NCBI GenBank assembly: GCA_963755915.1
Contig: CAVWLP010000002.1
Location: 2,848,001-2,912,000, forward strand
Origin: an uncultured Phycisphaerales bacterium
Lineage (GTDB): Bacteria > Planctomycetota > Phycisphaerae > Tepidisphaerales > Tepidisphaeraceae
Direction: 5' to 3'
Length of the DNA: 64,000 nt
Under the pieces are notes generated by a model. The model saw only the letters and a program-made list of their open reading frames with translations, had not been told where the DNA came from and did not search any database. Below are positions 1 to 9,542 of the stretch, piece after piece. A program made the translations under genes and the position numbers. Every line of letters starts with the position of its first letter. Position 1 is the first letter of the stretch.

Positions 1-765
1 AAGCATTCGCAGGTCTCCATGATGCGGCTTCAGAAAATGGGGCCGGAGATGGAGCGGCTGAAAAAGAAATACGGCAGCGACAAGGAAGGCCTCGCCAAGG
101 CACAGATGGAAATGCACAAGGAAATGGGCATCGCCCCGTTCCTGGGGTGTCTGCCGATGTTTCTGCAGATGCCGATCTGGATCGCGCTTTATTCGGCGCT
201 GCAAAACGACATTGCCCTTCGCCAGGCGCCGTTTCTTTGGGGCCTGACGTGGATTCACGATCTCGCCCGGCCCGACCGGCTCATTCACTGGGATTCGCAC
301 CCGTTCATCGTGCCGATCCTGGGGATGAAGATCGTGTCGCTCAACCTCCTGCCGCTGGTGGTGGCGGTGGTGATGTTCCTGCAGCAGAAGCTAAATCCGC
401 AGGCGCCGGCCATTACGGACGAGCAGCAGCAGCAGCAAAAGATGATGCGCTATATGTCGCTGCTCTTTTCGCTCTTCTTTTACTGGATGCCGAGCGGGTT
501 GAATCTGTACATCCTGACCAGCTCAACAATCGCCATCTTCGAAAGCAAGATCATTCGCAAGCACGTGAAGGAGAAGGAAGAGGAAGAAAAGAAGAATCGG
601 GTGATCATTGACGCCAAGCCGACGCGGCAAGGGAAGCAGAGCAAGAGCGATCGCGAGAACCTGAGCAAACAAACGAAGCAGGGGTGGCTGGGCGGCCTAT
701 GGACGCGTTTACAGGAGAAGGCGGAAGAGGTTCGGCGGGATGCGGAGAAAAAAGGGAAGCGGTAG
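1..765 (+). CDS. yidC: Membrane protein insertase YidC, C-terminal part (starts upstream of window)
   Basis: GCLPMFLQMPIWIALY, LRQAPFLW..WIHDL and PSGLNLY motifs of YidC/Oxa1; frame open from base 1; mnmE lies downstream. Confidence 0.95.
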   Translation, partial: KHSQVSMMRLQKMGPEMERLKKKYGSDKEGLAKAQMEMHKEMGIAPFLGCLPMFLQMPIWIALYSALQNDIALRQAPFLWGLTWIHDLARPDRLIHWDSHPFIVPILGMKIVSLNLLPLVVAVVMFLQQKLNPQAPAITDEQQQQQKMMRYMSLLFSLFFYWMPSGLNLYILTSSTIAIFESKIIRKHVKEKEEEEKKNRVIIDAKPTRQGKQSKSDRENLSKQTKQGWLGGLWTRLQEKAEEVRRDAEKKGKR

Positions 766-825
766 GGGGTTTGATCTGGCGCCGGTCCAATTTTTTTTGT
801 GGTGGGGGACATCGGTACAAAAGGT

Positions 826-1988
826 TAATCCCGTTCGGCACGGGGTTCGCGCAAGCAGCAAGATATTGAGATTGCGCCTTTGATCTTTTTATGGCATGCT
901 GCCGGACGTGCAGGCAAGACTGAAGGAAAAAGAGATCCTGTGCCTCGGGCAGGCGATCACGCTGGTCGACGGGACGGTGCTGACGGCGCTGAGTCGGCTG
1001 GCCAAATCCGCTTGCGGCATCAATGCGCGCTACAACACCTCCCGGGACGGGAAAGCGGTCTATGGCTGGCGTTTGCACGTTCAATTCGATCTGGAGACGT
1101 TCAAAGTCCATCGCCTCGACCGCACTGGCGCTCGCAACGCGGGGGCCAACCGTGAAAACAACGTCCTGCGGCGCAGCCTGGAAGCAGGACGGTGCTATGT
1201 AGGAGACGGCGGCTACGCCGACCGGAGCCTCTTTGCGGACATCGCCGCGGCGCAAAGCTCCTTTGTGATGCGGGCCGCGGAAAACTCGGTGTTTGAGCTG
1301 TTTGAAGAACGATTGCTTTCACAGGAAGCATTGGACGGCGGCGTGGTGCGAGACGCGCTGGTGAAACTCGACGGCCTGGAGACGGCGGCGGATAGGGTGG
1401 TGCGACGGGTGGAAGTGCAGGTGAAACCCCATCCGCGCCGCACGCGCAGCGGCAACAAGCCGACGGACCTGATCATCCTGTACACGAACCTGCTGGACCT
1501 GCCGGCGGAATTGATCGCCCTGATTTATCTGTACCGCTACACCGTTGAGTTGTTCTTCCGGATCTTCAAGCAACTGCTGGGCATGCGTCACCTGCTGAGC
1601 CAACGCCAGGAGGGGATCGACATCCAAATCCACTGCGCGCTGATCGTCTGCGTGCTGATTCAGCTGATCAGCGGCAGGAAGCCGAACAAGGCGATGCGGA
1701 ACATGATCGGCTGGTATCTGCTGGGGCTGGCCGAGGAACAGGACGTGCTTCGATTCCTGAACAAGCCGGATAACACCGGGATTAAGCTGAGGGCAAGAGC
1801 GGAGGCCTTGAAAAAACTGGGAGTAAACTGAAGGGGAATCCGTCGCCGCGGAGACCTCGCGGTTGATGCTGCGCTCTTGCGGACGCCGGCGTGCAGCAGG
1901 GGAAAGTAAAAGTATCTAAGCTTCAATTGTTTCGCGTCCTCCACAGCTTTGGAATGCTCCGATGAAGCCTGCGTGCCGAACGGGATTA
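826..1988 (+). mobile_element. IS4-family element A, copy 1 (internally deleted)
   Basis: Perfect 17-bp TIRs TAATCCCGTTCGGCACG (826-842 / 1972-1988); 9-bp direct repeat ACAAAAGGT (817-825 / 1989-1997); near-identical to the copy at 51628-54647 but ~326 bp shorter. Confidence 0.93.
896..1831 (+). pseudogene. IS4-family DDE transposase lacking ~109 aa of its N-terminal domain
   Basis: LVDGT, GDGGY and YLYRYTVELFFRIFK (Y-x2-R-x3-E-x6-K) motifs; in-frame fusion EILCLG|QAITLVDG relative to copy 2. Confidence 0.88.
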
Positions 1989-2130
1989 ACAAAAGGTAAC
2001 ACTCCGCAACAAGCTGGGGGGTTTGGGGGAGATGGGTAAGGCATTTTGGAGTATTTGGACATTTTAAGATTTCATTTAAGGTCTATTGTGGTCATGGCTC
2101 AAACGGAATCGAATGAAAGAATCCGTTTTG

Positions 2131-2189
2131 CGCGGAGGCGCGGAGGCGCTGAGCTTGAGACCGGATTTCTCCGCGCCTTTGCGCCTCTG
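2131..2189. repeat. Palindromic intergenic repeat (CGCGGAGGCGCGGAG...CTCCGCGCCTTTGCGCCTCTG) interrupted by the group II intron
   Basis: Same arm structure as the intact copies at 5663-5733 and 12820-12912; right arm ends at the intron GTGCG. Confidence 0.7.
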
Positions 2190-3592
2190 GTGCGTCAGTG
2201 AAACCGGTTTTGTCTTGTGAACTGAAAGGAGTTCACCATGGAATGACCCGTTAGCCGTGTAGCCGCCCGGGCGTGACGACGGAGCAATCGGTCGCGCGAA
2301 GCCCCGGAAGGCGAAGGCGCGAGCCGTAGCGTTAAGCGAACCCAAACCAGCCTCGTTACGCCAATGGGAGTGGCCAACCCGTCAGAGAGGGCCAAGCCGG
2401 CGCGGACGATGAAGCAGCGGGTGCGAGCAATCGTCCGGCTCCTCGGGGTCGATGGGGACGGCGCGTGCCGACAGACAAGATCGGGAACTGAGAGACCCCA
2501 CGCATCGTTGTGCGGCTCGTTGGAAAGACATAACCAAGGGACGGGAAGCGTGGGGAGTCGGATGGGCTCATAGTAGCTGAGAAGCGGGGTAATGCCCGTG
2601 AGCGGAGGCGAAGCCTGCCGCGAGCCAAGGAGCCCTGACGGTATCGAGCGGAAGTAAGAAGAAGAGAGGCCCGCTTGCAGGGACAACCTGACAGTACGGA
2701 TGATCCGACAGACTTGCCGGAGCACCTGAGGGTGAACTCCAGGGGTCTGCCGGGGAAAGTCTTTCTTCTGAGACAGAAGCTATACCTCAAAGCCAAGCGG
2801 GAACCGGGGTTTCGGTTTTACACCTTGTACGACCGGATCTGCCGGCGCGATGTTCTGGAAGCGGCGTGGGACCGGGTGTCCGCCAACGGCGGGGCGCCCG
2901 GCTTGGACGGGGTGAGCATCGAGAAGGTGCAAAACTCCGAGCACGGCGTCAGTGGATTCCTGAGCGAGATCGAAGAATCGCTCAAGACCCGCACCTACCG
3001 CCCGCAGCCGGTGAAGCGCGTGTACATTCCCAAAGCCAACGGCAAGCGGCGTCCATTGGGCATCCCCACGATCCGAGATCGCGTGGTGCAGATGGCGGTG
3101 CTGCTGCTCATCGAGCCGATCTTCGAGGCGGATTTCCTGGACTGTTCGTATGGATTCCGTCCCGGTCGCTCGGCTCACGATGCGCTGGAGGCGATCAAGC
3201 AAAACCTCCAGCAGGGCCGAAGGGAAGTGTATGACGCGGATTTGCAGTCGTACTTCGACACGATTCCCCATGAGAAACTGATGGCGTGTGTCCAGAAGCG
3301 GATCACGGACGGAAGCGTGCTGAAGCTGATCCGGATGTGGCTGAAGGCGGTGATCGTCGAAGAAGGCGAGAAGCCCGGCGATCCACCGAAAGTCACCCGG
3401 AGCAAACAGGGAACGCCGCAGGGCGGAGTGATCTCGCCGCTGCTGGCCAACCTATATCTGCACTGGTTTGATAAATTGTTCCACCGATCCGATGGCCCGC
3501 ATCGCTGGGCGAACGCCCGGCTGATCCGGTACGCCGACGACTTTGTCATCATGGCAAGGTATATAGGCCCTCAGATCAAGCAGTTCGTGGAG
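2190..3592 (+). mobile_element. Group II intron, 3'-truncated
   Basis: 5' GTGCG at 2190; DII/DIII-like segment GTCGGATGGGCTCATAGTAGCTGAGAAGCGGGGTAA before the ORF; RT ORF; RT similarity ends ~3592 and no DV/DVI was found. Right boundary approximate. Confidence 0.85.
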
Positions 3593-3703
3593 CTGAGCGG
3601 CAATCGGGTCGTTCAGTTCTCTACTCTACCGCGAACCTTGTATTTTTCCCGCGTTTCGGGAGAAAAGGATGGGACCACGGATTTCGCGGATGGGCGCGGA
3701 TAA
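2675..3703 (+). pseudogene. ltrA: Group II intron reverse transcriptase/maturase, truncated after YADD
   Basis: [61 protein letters not shown]; no FLG motif or X domain; last ~37 aa read through unrelated DNA. Confidence 0.9.
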
Positions 3704-3705
3704 GA
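3674..3705 (+). repeat. 32-bp direct repeat, copy 1 (ACCACGGATTTCGCGGATGGGCGCGGATAAGA)
   Basis: Identical to 5773-5804. Confidence 0.9.
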
Positions 3706-3833
3706 GGGAATGGCGTTTGTCCGTGGACGGCGAATAATGGAAATGTAACTCTTCGCTAAGGGACGCGAGTCCGCTCAACTACTTTTTCTTTCCGCCGATT
3801 GAAATACGGCTTGGCTGCACGGAGGATAAGGGC

Positions 3834-5512
3834 AATGAATTCCGGCTCCGAGCTTCCGGTGATCGGCCGCGTCGCATATTTCACGAGCAACGACCATTGG
3901 TTGATTCACGAGATCGCTGCGCGATCAAGGAACATGCGCAGAAAACCCCGAAATGGATTCCAACCGCCCGGCAGGGGGCGCTGTACGGCTGGAGCCGATT
4001 TGTGTCCGACGTCACAAACGGGGGCTTTGCGCAGTTCTTCTGGAATACGCGCGGAAACAAACGTGCAAAAGAGCTGTGCGATCTGCTCGATTTCCTCGAA
4101 CTCGTCGAAGCCAAAAAGGTACTTGTCAAAGCGATGGCCATCTTCAGTGCGAATCAGGAAAAGTTTCAGTTGAGCGATCCCCGGGGACACCGGCTTTTTG
4201 CCGGCGTGCAGGAATTCAAGCGGTTGGAGGGCGAATTTTCAAAACTCGACTTCGCCGGTGCGGAAGCGGCCATTGCGGACTGGGTGCGGCGCGATATTGC
4301 AAATCTGGTGATCGGGGACGATGGGCAGGCAATCGACACCTCCTTTACCGGCACGATCGAGGTCCGTCGTCCCGACGGCTCTCTTGCCGAGCAGCTCGAG
4401 GTCAAAAATGGCCGAGCCGACGGGACGTACCGGGAATTTTTTGAGGATGGCGCCGTTCGGGAGTTCAAACTCTATCAGGCCGGCGAATCCATGGGCGAGT
4501 ATTGGCCCAATGGGGAGGTCGCAAAAAAGGAATCGAAGCAAGGCGAGGAGAGAATCATTGAATGGTATTATCCGAGCGGAAAGCTTCATAAACGCATGGT
4601 GCTGGGAGCCTCCGGCATTTCGCCCGAACCAGTGCGCCTCTTTCATGAAAATGGACAACTGGCCGAAGAATTGTCCGTGCGCCGAAGAAACCCTTACGGC
4701 CCCTGGCTGAAGTTTTTTGAAGACGGATCCCCGCAGCTCCAGGCAGAATTCATTGATGACCGTGAGCTGATCGTTCGAAACGCCTGGGATGTGGATCGTC
4801 GCCAGGTTGTGGCGGATGGGAATGGGACCTTTGACGATGACGGTCGCAGCATTTACCTCGCACACACCATTTTTACTCGCTCCATGTGGCGTCGCGTGAG
4901 CGAGGTGCGTGACGGGATTCGCCACGGCCAAACGACGGTTTACCACAAGGGAGTTCTATGGCGCACGGAGAACTATTCGGGCGGGAAACTTCATGGCGCC
5001 GCCATACTTTATTGGGACAATGGCCGCATCCGGAGCACCAGCGAATATGAAAACGGCAAACAGGTTAAAACCGAGTCGTTTCCGAAATTCGATAATCCGG
5101 TGCCGGCCGTCCTGCTGAGCGTCGAGGCCAACGCAGATCTTTATGAAGCGTGGAATCATCTTCGGCTGGATGAGTATCCGTCGGCCCGGAATCTCGACGA
5201 AATCCGCGCCGAGCTGCAACTTCCACAGTTTCTGATGGAGGTGCAGGAGCGCAATCGGCTGGGGACAATTAAATCCAGGTACGAGGACTGGAATACATTT
5301 GACGACAGCATTGCTTATTTTCTGACGGTGAGTCCGTCGGGGGAGGTTGTGGAGACGCGGGCCAACGGCAGCGGGACATACTCCAGCAAAGATTGGAACA
5401 CCTATGTTCCGCTACTCAAAAAGCTGCGTTTCACGCCCGGATGTGTGCGCGGTGCGCCGTGAAGTGCCGCGTGCTGGCACACGTGAACCACACATTTGTG
5501 GAAGGCGGCTGA
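3834..5512 (+). CDS. DMP19/DUF4375-like + MORN-variant (YwqK-like) repeats + TonB-C-like protein; apparent frameshifts near 3925 and 5455
   Basis: DVTNGGFAQFFWN (DUF4375-like); repeated W/Y/F-x-x-NG/DG turns; C-terminal LRFTPG..G..VKCRV resembles TonB_C; main ORF 3897-5462. Confidence 0.6.
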
Positions 5513-5662
5513 TCGCCTGGATGGCCCCGCCGACTAACTCCATCGATCGCCTCGCGGCCGACGTTCAGGGTCGGAACCGGCGAGCCAGGAGAAGGTAAAG
5601 ATGTTGCTGTCCGCTTCAAACCGCTTTTGAGCCGGGTATTCAAACTGACTAAAGAATCTATT

Positions 5663-5733
5663 TTCGCGCCGAGGCGCAGAGCGCGGAGAATAGGAAATTG
5701 AATTTCTCTGCGGGCTCTGCGTCTCAGCGCGAA
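5663..5733. repeat. Palindromic intergenic repeat (GCGCCGAGGCGCAGAGCGCGGAG...CTCTGCGGGCTCTGCGTCTCAGCGC)
   Basis: Inverted arms with 8-9 nt internal periodicity. Confidence 0.75.
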
Positions 5734-5772
5734 CCTTTCGCTTTTCCGGCTTTTTTTCGAAAAGAGGATTGA

Positions 5773-5804
5773 ACCACGGATTTCGCGGATGGGCGCGGAT
5801 AAGA
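5773..5804 (+). repeat. 32-bp direct repeat, copy 2
   Basis: Identical to 3674-3705; followed by a degenerate unit CCACAGATTTAAAGGCAGATGAACGCGGAT. Confidence 0.9.
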
Positions 5805-5925
5805 AATACATTTTTGCCACAGATTTAAAGGCAGATGAACGCGGATAATTGACCGCCCTCCGGAGGCGAGCCCTTTGGTTTCCGGGAAGATTTCGCCACG
5901 CTAGACTTGTTAGGCTCCTGACCTC

Positions 5926-7218
5926 ATGTTTTCGCACGACACCATCGTCGCAATCAGTTCTCCCGTCGCCCCCGCGGCCAGGATCATCGTCCGCATCAGC
6001 GGGCAAAGTGCATTTGCGATCGCCGAAAGATTCGGAATCGAATCGCATAAACCCGCCTCGGCTGCCTGGCTGGATTTGCAGTTCGACGGCCTCCGCTGCC
6101 CGGCGTGGGTCTATCAATTCAAATCGCCGGCCAGTTATACCGGCGAGGATTTGATCGAGCTGCACCTGCCGGGCAATCCGCTGCTGGCTCGGATGGCCGT
6201 CGATTGGGCCCTGCGCCACGGCGCTTGCGCTGCCGAGCCGGGAGAATTCACGGCCCGCGCCTATTTCCACGGCAAGCTCGATCTTTCCCAGGCCGAGGGG
6301 GTGGCGGCGACGATTGCCGCGCACAATCAACAGCAGCTTGCCGCCTCGCGGCAGCTTATGGCCGGCGAGCTCGCCCGCCGGCTTCGGCCGACGATGGACT
6401 CGCTTGCGGAATCACTTGCTCTGCTCGAAGCGGGGATCGATTTTTCGGATGAGGGGATCGAATTCATCAAGGCGCCCGATCTGAATCGGCGGATCGAGTC
6501 GGCGATTGACGATCTCGAATCCCTCGCCCGTCAGAGCGTGCGATTTGAGAAGCTCACGCATGAGCCGACGATAGTGCTTGCCGGGCGGGCGAATGCGGGG
6601 AAGAGCACGCTGACCAATGTGCTTTCGGGGCAGGAGCGCTCGATTGTTTCGCCGATCTCGGGGACGACGCGGGATGCGCTTTCGGTGGAGATCATGCTGC
6701 GGCGCGGGATTGCCCGCCTTCTCGACGTGGCGGGCATAGAGCCGGGCGGTGGGGAGATCGAAACGCAGATGCAATCGATGGCCATGTCGGCCATCGAGCG
6801 GGCGGATGTGCTGGTGCTGGTTCGCGATTGCACGGATGGGCGGGGTCCACTGGAATTGCCGCGTGGGCCGGATATTTGCGTCGCGTCGAAGTGCGATTTG
6901 CGCCTGGCGCCATGGGGGGATTATTTGCCGATCAGTGCTGTGACGGGGGCAGGAATATCTGAGCTTCGAGAGAAGCTGGATCAGGTGGCGTTCGGAGCCG
7001 ATTCGGCGGGGGTGAGTTTGGCGCTGAGTGGGCGGCATGTGCAATTGCTCGAGGAAGGCGCTGCGGCTTTGCGGCGCGCGGGGGTGGAAAAAGTTTCTAT
7101 CGAGGTTGCCGCTGCTGAAATTAGGTCGGCGCTTGATTCGCTCGGGGAAATTCTTGGAGTGGTTACGCCGGATGATATTCTGGGTCGGATATTTTCCAAA
7201 TTCTGTATTGGGAAGTGA
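5926..7218 (+). CDS. mnmE: tRNA modification GTPase MnmE
   Basis: DTIVAISS, SYTGED, GEFTARAY, GRANAGKS P-loop, GTTRD and C-terminal IFSKFCIGK. Confidence 0.97.
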   Translation: MFSHDTIVAISSPVAPAARIIVRISGQSAFAIAERFGIESHKPASAAWLDLQFDGLRCPAWVYQFKSPASYTGEDLIELHLPGNPLLARMAVDWALRHGACAAEPGEFTARAYFHGKLDLSQAEGVAATIAAHNQQQLAASRQLMAGELARRLRPTMDSLAESLALLEAGIDFSDEGIEFIKAPDLNRRIESAIDDLESLARQSVRFEKLTHEPTIVLAGRANAGKSTLTNVLSGQERSIVSPISGTTRDALSVEIMLRRGIARLLDVAGIEPGGGEIETQMQSMAMSAIERADVLVLVRDCTDGRGPLELPRGPDICVASKCDLRLAPWGDYLPISAVTGAGISELREKLDQVAFGADSAGVSLALSGRHVQLLEEGAAALRRAGVEKVSIEVAAAEIRSALDSLGEILGVVTPDDILGRIFSKFCIGK

Positions 7219-7235
7219 ACGCCGGGCTTTTTTTA

Positions 7236-7277
7236 GGCCCTCACCCCTGCCCTCTCCCAGAGTACTGGGCGAGGGGG
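7236..7277 (+). repeat. REP-like palindrome GGCCCTCACCCCTGCCCTCTCCCAGAGTACTGGGCGAGGG
   Basis: Related copies at 13778-13819, 13862-13899 and 41729-41770. Confidence 0.85.
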
Positions 7278-9298
7278 AAAAGAGGGACATGCGGTTGCCC
7301 TGGGGAGGGGATAAAGGCGCGGCGATGGGAGGGGGGGTAAATGCGCCGCCGGCGGCTGAGCGTTGTGAGCCCGATTGCAACCAATATCCCGATCGAGCCT
7401 GGCTCGGGGACATCGGCCAGCAGGCCATTTGCCGCGGCGAAGGCGTCTAGCGCGGCGATGTCGGCTGGGCTGACTGCGACGGCGGCGCCGCTGTCCCCCT
7501 GGCCGAAGTTGGCGGCGAGGGCGCTGAAGTCGGAGCCGTTGACGGAGCTGCCGAAGAGAAAATTCCCCTGGTCCCAGTTGGTTACGCCCAGGCCGAAGTT
7601 GGCGGCAAGGATGGAGAAGTCGGAGCCGTTGACCGCTCCATCGAGATTGGCGTCGCCGAGGAGGGTGTATTTCAGCAGGATTTCCCCGCTGGTGAGGCCG
7701 GCGACGTTTCCGGTTTTGTCGTTGCCGTCGGCCCAGCCGACGCCGTAGCGGAGTCCGCTCGTCGGGGTTTGGGCGGTGCTGGAGATGATGCCGGTGGTTC
7801 CGTTCCAGGCGCCGTTGTTAAAGCCGGTTTGCAAATATCCGTAGATGGCGGCGATGGGGTCGCTGTTTCCGTAGGTGATGATGAGATGGTTGTTCGTGAT
7901 GTCCAGAAGGGAGCTGGTCGTAATGGTCAGGGAGGAGATATTGACATTGCTCGCCGGGCTGGTGGTGGAGAGCGAAGTGTTTTTGGCGATCTGCACTTTT
8001 CCAGCCGAAATGCTCAGGCTTCCGGCCGTCAGTCCGGTTGCGATAGTGAGTGTGCCGGTGCCGAATTTCGCGAATGATCCGGTGTCGGCGATGGTGCCGG
8101 TGCCAGTGATGGAATAGTTTCCGGTGCTGTTGTTGAAGGTGACGGACATGGGGCTGACGGTGGTGCTCAGGGTGACGGAATATCGGCCCGACGCCGAGCC
8201 GTTGCTGTCGCTGAAGGAGACGTTGTCCTGCGGCGTGAAGACGGTGGTGACGCCGCCATTGAGCCAGTTCGCGCTGGAATTGGTGTTCCAGAGGTTGTTC
8301 GCCGTGGAGTCTTTCCAAGCGGCGGACTGTGCTTCCAGGGCGAGCCCGGCGGAGGTGAGGTTCCATCCGACGACGTCGAGGGCGGCGAGCTCGTTGGGCC
8401 CGATGTTGGGCTCGAATGCGGGTGTGATGCCGGGGTCCTGGTAGGCGTCCTGAACCTGGGCGACAGGATTCGGTAGGCCGTCGGCCGGAACGACGCCGTC
8501 GCCCCAGTCGCCGTAATCGGAGCCGTCGTTGTTCTGGTTGAAATGGACGAAATCGGTGTTTCCGCCGTCGATGGAAAAATAGGAGGAGACGTTGGTAAAG
8601 GTTGAGTAGCTTCGTGAGCCGGGGGAGCCGTAGCGGAAGAGGTCCATGGGTCCGACGCTGCCGTCGCTGGTGCCTTTAAGGACGGCGTCGAGCTGCGAGC
8701 CTGCTCCGCCGGCGCCGAGGACTTCGTCCATTTCGTGAGCGACCACTGACTCGAGATCGTAGTGGGTGGCATTGGTTCCCGGCCGGGAATCGTTAACGAT
8801 TGTCGAATTAAAGGAGATCGTGCTGTCGGGATCGCCGGCGGGCGGGGTTGCGGACGCATCCCCGAGCGCCCGCAGAAGGGGCAGGGTGGTTTGGATGTTG
8901 GCGTTGCCGTCAACCGGATTCCCGGTGCTGGATGGGAGGGTCGCCAGAGCCGTCACGTCGTCGCGCGACTCGGTCTGGGCTCCCTGGAGGGCGGCGAGAT
9001 ACTCGGTGTAGGGAACATCGGCGAAATACGTCTGGCTCTGCCCCAGGCCGCTGCTCATTTCGGAGAAGGTGATGTTTACCGTTACCGGGTTGGCGATGTA
9101 GCTCTCGATATTGGAGATGGCGGTGTTGATGGTGGCTTCGATCGTGGCGGCATTGGGGTCGTTCATGATCGTGCTGTCGAAGTTGGGAACAATGGTGAGA
9201 TTGGCCCGGGCCTGACCCGAGAAGGCGAGGAATCCGCCTGAAAACAGACCGAAACCACCGACCGCGCGCTTAAGGGCTGCCGCCTTTGACTTTCGCAT
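7241..9298 (-). CDS. Secreted metalloprotease-like protein with dockerin-like duplex and PEP-CTERM anchor
   Basis: Signal peptide (..QARA); HEMDEVLG and DLFRY motifs (NF038122-like from memory); GDANLDG..NGSDFS duplex; VPEPGS-hydrophobic-RRRR. The ~33 aa after RRRR are probably read-through. Confidence 0.8.
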   Translation of the reverse strand: MRKSKAAALKRAVGGFGLFSGGFLAFSGQARANLTIVPNFDSTIMNDPNAATIEATINTAISNIESYIANPVTVNITFSEMSSGLGQSQTYFADVPYTEYLAALQGAQTESRDDVTALATLPSSTGNPVDGNANIQTTLPLLRALGDASATPPAGDPDSTISFNSTIVNDSRPGTNATHYDLESVVAHEMDEVLGAGGAGSQLDAVLKGTSDGSVGPMDLFRYGSPGSRSYSTFTNVSSYFSIDGGNTDFVHFNQNNDGSDYGDWGDGVVPADGLPNPVAQVQDAYQDPGITPAFEPNIGPNELAALDVVGWNLTSAGLALEAQSAAWKDSTANNLWNTNSSANWLNGGVTTVFTPQDNVSFSDSNGSASGRYSVTLSTTVSPMSVTFNNSTGNYSITGTGTIADTGSFAKFGTGTLTIATGLTAGSLSISAGKVQIAKNTSLSTTSPASNVNISSLTITTSSLLDITNNHLIITYGNSDPIAAIYGYLQTGFNNGAWNGTTGIISSTAQTPTSGLRYGVGWADGNDKTGNVAGLTSGEILLKYTLLGDANLDGAVNGSDFSILAANFGLGVTNWDQGNFLFGSSVNGSDFSALAANFGQGDSGAAVAVSPADIAALDAFAAANGLLADVPEPGSIGILVAIGLTTLSRRRRIYPPSHRRAFIPSPGQPHVPLFPLAQYSGRGQG

Positions 9299-9542
9299 TG
9301 TTCGCCTCCAGGGGAATGGAGAACTACCAGCGGAATGCTCCAACCGCTGGGGGGTATTTATACTCCGCGCGGGTTAAGAGTTGATAGGGAAAATTCGAAA
9401 ATGCGACGGAAGCAAAGCTGGCGCGGGTCGATTTCGGGCGACTTGCCATAACTGCTGCCGGCTGCGATCATTGAGAGCGCGGAGCCTGAATCGAAAATCC
9501 ATTCTGCATTCTCTGCCGGAATACCCGGTTGAGAGCCGGAAA

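Noticed and set aside
1832-1971. Guide RNA in the IS4-A 3' region explaining its target choice
   Set aside because: Only a 7-8 nt match (TTGCGGAC versus GTCCGCAA) to the flank, which is expected by chance
2675-3703. RT as part of a DGR, retron or defence system
   Set aside because: Motifs and upstream RNA are those of a group II intron; no template/variable repeat pair with adenine-specific differences and no msr-msd was seen
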